64,000 nt of DNA from an uncultured bacterium (GTDB taxonomy: Bacteria > Schekmanbacteria > GWA2-38-11 > J061). The DNA is taken from positions 32,001 through 96,000 of the forward strand of contig CAZJVM010000001.1 of NCBI GenBank assembly GCA_964549305.1, given 5' to 3'. The notes beneath the pieces are model-generated. The model worked only from the letters and a program-made list of their open reading frames with translations, made no database searches and was not told the DNA's origin. Numbering within the stretch: the stretch's first letter is position 1; every line of letters begins with the position of its first letter. Of this stretch, positions 61,803-64,000 are shown in pieces. Both the position numbers and the translations under genes were made by a program.

Positions 61803-63943
61803 TGAATATAACCAAGAGACTTTAAAAGTTTTGCGCTTTCGCCGGTCATCGCGCTTTCCTTGATTTTTGTTTCGGGAAATTCTTTTTTCCATGCTTCAAG
61901 GGTTTCAAGAAGTCCTTTTACGATTTCCGTTTTATCATTGTAAAGATTATTCTCTTCAAGGGGGTCCTTCGAAATATCGTAAAGCTCGTTTCCCCGGACA
62001 TCATTTATCCTCAGACACCATTTATCTTTTATTACAGCGTATTCACGTGCATTGAGAAATTTGTATTTTGATGGTGTCTCTTTATCTATGAGTCTTCTTT
62101 GAGAAACAATATAATTCCTGCTAAATTCGCTGTCATCGCTGCCTGTTAAAATATTTTTCAGACTGACTCCATCCGAAGAGAACTGATTTTTCTCATTTAC
62201 GAGTTCAGCGATAGTAGGCGCTATGTCAACCAATCCTACGATGTTGTCAATCTGTCTGCCTGCGGGGATAACACCTTCCCACAGGAAAAACAAAGGTACG
62301 TGCATCTGACTGTAGGTAAGAATTTTTCCGTGGTCAAAAGCATATCCTCTCTGTTCCTGTATTTCTCCGAGAGTTTCTCCGTGGTCTGAAGTTACGATAA
62401 AAAAAGGCCTTTCGAGATTTGCCGGAATTTTGTCGTCAATATAATCAATAAGTTTTGAAACATAAACATCTGTAAATCCGATTTCACCGTCATAAAGGGA
62501 AGTGATGTATTCGATTTCACTTTGAGTATAGCGTTCTTCTCTGAATTTCGCGAAACCGGGAAAGATTTCCTTGTAATATCGGTATCGCCCTTTATATCCC
62601 TCATTGAATTTTGAATTATAGGGCGCGGGAGGCACATATGAACCGTGAGGGTCCCAAAAATGAACCCATAGAAATATATCTTTGTCAAGGTTGCGGTCTA
62701 TCCAAAACTTCGCTCTTTTATAAGTGCCTGTGGCAATGTCATATTTAAACTTCTTGCCTCTCTTTGTCTTGAATTTTGAATTTGGAACACTTTTGTAATC
62801 AAAAGCGGGGAGTCCCATAAAATCCGGATCGAGAAATGCCCTGCTTGTAATTGCCCCTGTAGTATACCCCTGTTTTTTAAACCAACTTTGCAGAAAATCA
62901 ATATCTCCGTTGCTCAGCGGCATACCGTTTTTTAACAGTCCGTGAGTGCGAGGATATACGCCGGAAAGAATTGTTGTGTGACTTGGGTCCGTTGTTGTCA
63001 TCTGTGAGTATGCTCGCAGGAAAACAACGCCTTTATCGGCCTGTTTCTGAAGCAAAGGGGTTGTGTCTTTCTGATAGCCATAAATTCCGAGATGGTCTGC
63101 TCTTGTTGTATCTATGGTAATTAGAATAACCCGCCTGTGGGGTTTTTCCATTTCTTCGGCATATTTATCATTGGAAAGATATTCCGGAAAGATATACAAA
63201 CCGGATAATACCACGGCGACAAGAAGCGGAATTACCGCTTTCGATGGCTTCTTCCGTAAAATGGCTTTTGGAATAAAATAAAACAGAATAAATGAGAAAA
63301 TAACATACGAAATGCAGTCAAACAGCGTTAAAGGCCCGAAATGTTCGGGGGAAAGAAGGTTTAGCGCGCTTTTTGAAGACAAAAGAATACTGATAGCGAT
63401 TGCCCCCGACACATAGAAGGCAAAGCTTATGGGATTTGCGGGGAGACTCTGCTTTAACTTATTTTTTAAAATCGAGATAAAAAATGCCAGTGTAATTGCC
63501 GACAATAAACTTCCAAATCCATAAGATATGATGAGAGTGCCTATCCTTGAAATTCTTTCCATTCCCGTTGCAGGCAATGGTGTGGAAAGAGTTTGTATGA
63601 GTTTAAGCGGTTCGAACAATCCGTCGCAGATACCGAGAATGACACCCCACAATGCAAAGGTAAAAAGCACGAAAAGAAATGGAAAGCTTTTCTCATTGTC
63701 ACTGCGGTCAAAAAAAGACGATACATTTTTCAAAATTCCTTCAAGAGGGGATGACTTTCCGTTGAATAAAGCTTTCACAATAAAAAGAATTAAAAAAATA
63801 TTAATAATTCTCGGCACGGAATTGATATTGAAGCGAACTGACAACAGAGAGAATTTCCATCCTCCCGTAAAATAGACGGCGACTGCCGCAACGGGAAGAA
63901 GGACAATAAATATATTCAAAATCTTTACAAAAATTTTCCGCAT
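61799..63943 (-). CDS. Multi-TM membrane protein with C-terminal sulfatase-like domain (LtaS/EptA-like architecture)
   Basis: About 7 N-terminal TMs; IDTTRADH, TTDPSH, HFWDPH, SDHGE; ends LKSLGYIQ. Confidence 0.85.
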   Translation of the reverse strand: MRKIFVKILNIFIVLLPVAAVAVYFTGGWKFSLLSVRFNINSVPRIINIFLILFIVKALFNGKSSPLEGILKNVSSFFDRSDNEKSFPFLFVLFTFALWGVILGICDGLFEPLKLIQTLSTPLPATGMERISRIGTLIISYGFGSLLSAITLAFFISILKNKLKQSLPANPISFAFYVSGAIAISILLSSKSALNLLSPEHFGPLTLFDCISYVIFSFILFYFIPKAILRKKPSKAVIPLLVAVVLSGLYIFPEYLSNDKYAEEMEKPHRRVILITIDTTRADHLGIYGYQKDTTPLLQKQADKGVVFLRAYSQMTTTDPSHTTILSGVYPRTHGLLKNGMPLSNGDIDFLQSWFKKQGYTTGAITSRAFLDPDFMGLPAFDYKSVPNSKFKTKRGKKFKYDIATGTYKRAKFWIDRNLDKDIFLWVHFWDPHGSYVPPAPYNSKFNEGYKGRYRYYKEIFPGFAKFREERYTQSEIEYITSLYDGEIGFTDVYVSKLIDYIDDKIPANLERPFFIVTSDHGETLGEIQEQRGYAFDHGKILTYSQMHVPLFFLWEGVIPAGRQIDNIVGLVDIAPTIAELVNEKNQFSSDGVSLKNILTGSDDSEFSRNYIVSQRRLIDKETPSKYKFLNAREYAVIKDKWCLRINDVRGNELYDISKDPLEENNLYNDKTEIVKGLLETLEAWKKEFPETKIKESAMTGESAKLLKSLGYIQ

Positions 63944-64000
63944 ATCGTTAATTACTCCGAAGAGGAAAAAAAATATTGAAGGAGTGAATATTCAAGAAAA

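Noticed and set aside
1-64000. CRISPR arrays, IS elements, prophage genes, rRNA
   Set aside because: No regularly spaced repeats, transposase or phage ORFs, or rRNA-like segments seen; almost all sequence is accounted for by ORFs

Overview
AT-rich chromosomal segment of a diderm bacterium (lptG, lipid A acyltransferase); gene content resembles Deltaproteobacteria/Nitrospirota-like lineages, but taxonomy cannot be fixed from this window. About 1-30 kb is housekeeping: fbp, lptG, xerD, lpxL-like, truA, tRNA-Val(GAC), thrS-infC-rpmI-rplT-pheST, zapB-zapA-(6S RNA position)-ygfA-rny, an orphan mglA-like GTPase, truB-rpsO-pnp-M16 peptidase and purB-S-C-Q-L-F. About 30.5-64 kb is an accessory cell-surface region. 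It holds a type IV minor-pilin set (PilV/PilW/PilX-like), several GT-C-like membrane glycosyltransferases, Wzx, GT2s, a deacetylase, a GNAT, an arylsulfotransferase, a CDP-alcohol phosphotransferase and three sulfatase-fold proteins. Main leads: (1) two tandem ~60-aa secreted microproteins sit where pilY1 normally follows pilX and consist of little more than a signal peptide plus a PilY1/PilC-like C-terminal TIKNWHEV tail; (2) an LKxLGY motif is shared by five proteins of three unrelated folds; (3) all three sulfatase-fold proteins have Thr instead of the formylglycine Cys/Ser, suggesting transferases; (4) an unusually long structured RNA candidate occupies the 6S RNA position. No CRISPR array, transposase or prophage was seen. 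All assignments are by eye from motifs and synteny; no searches were run.
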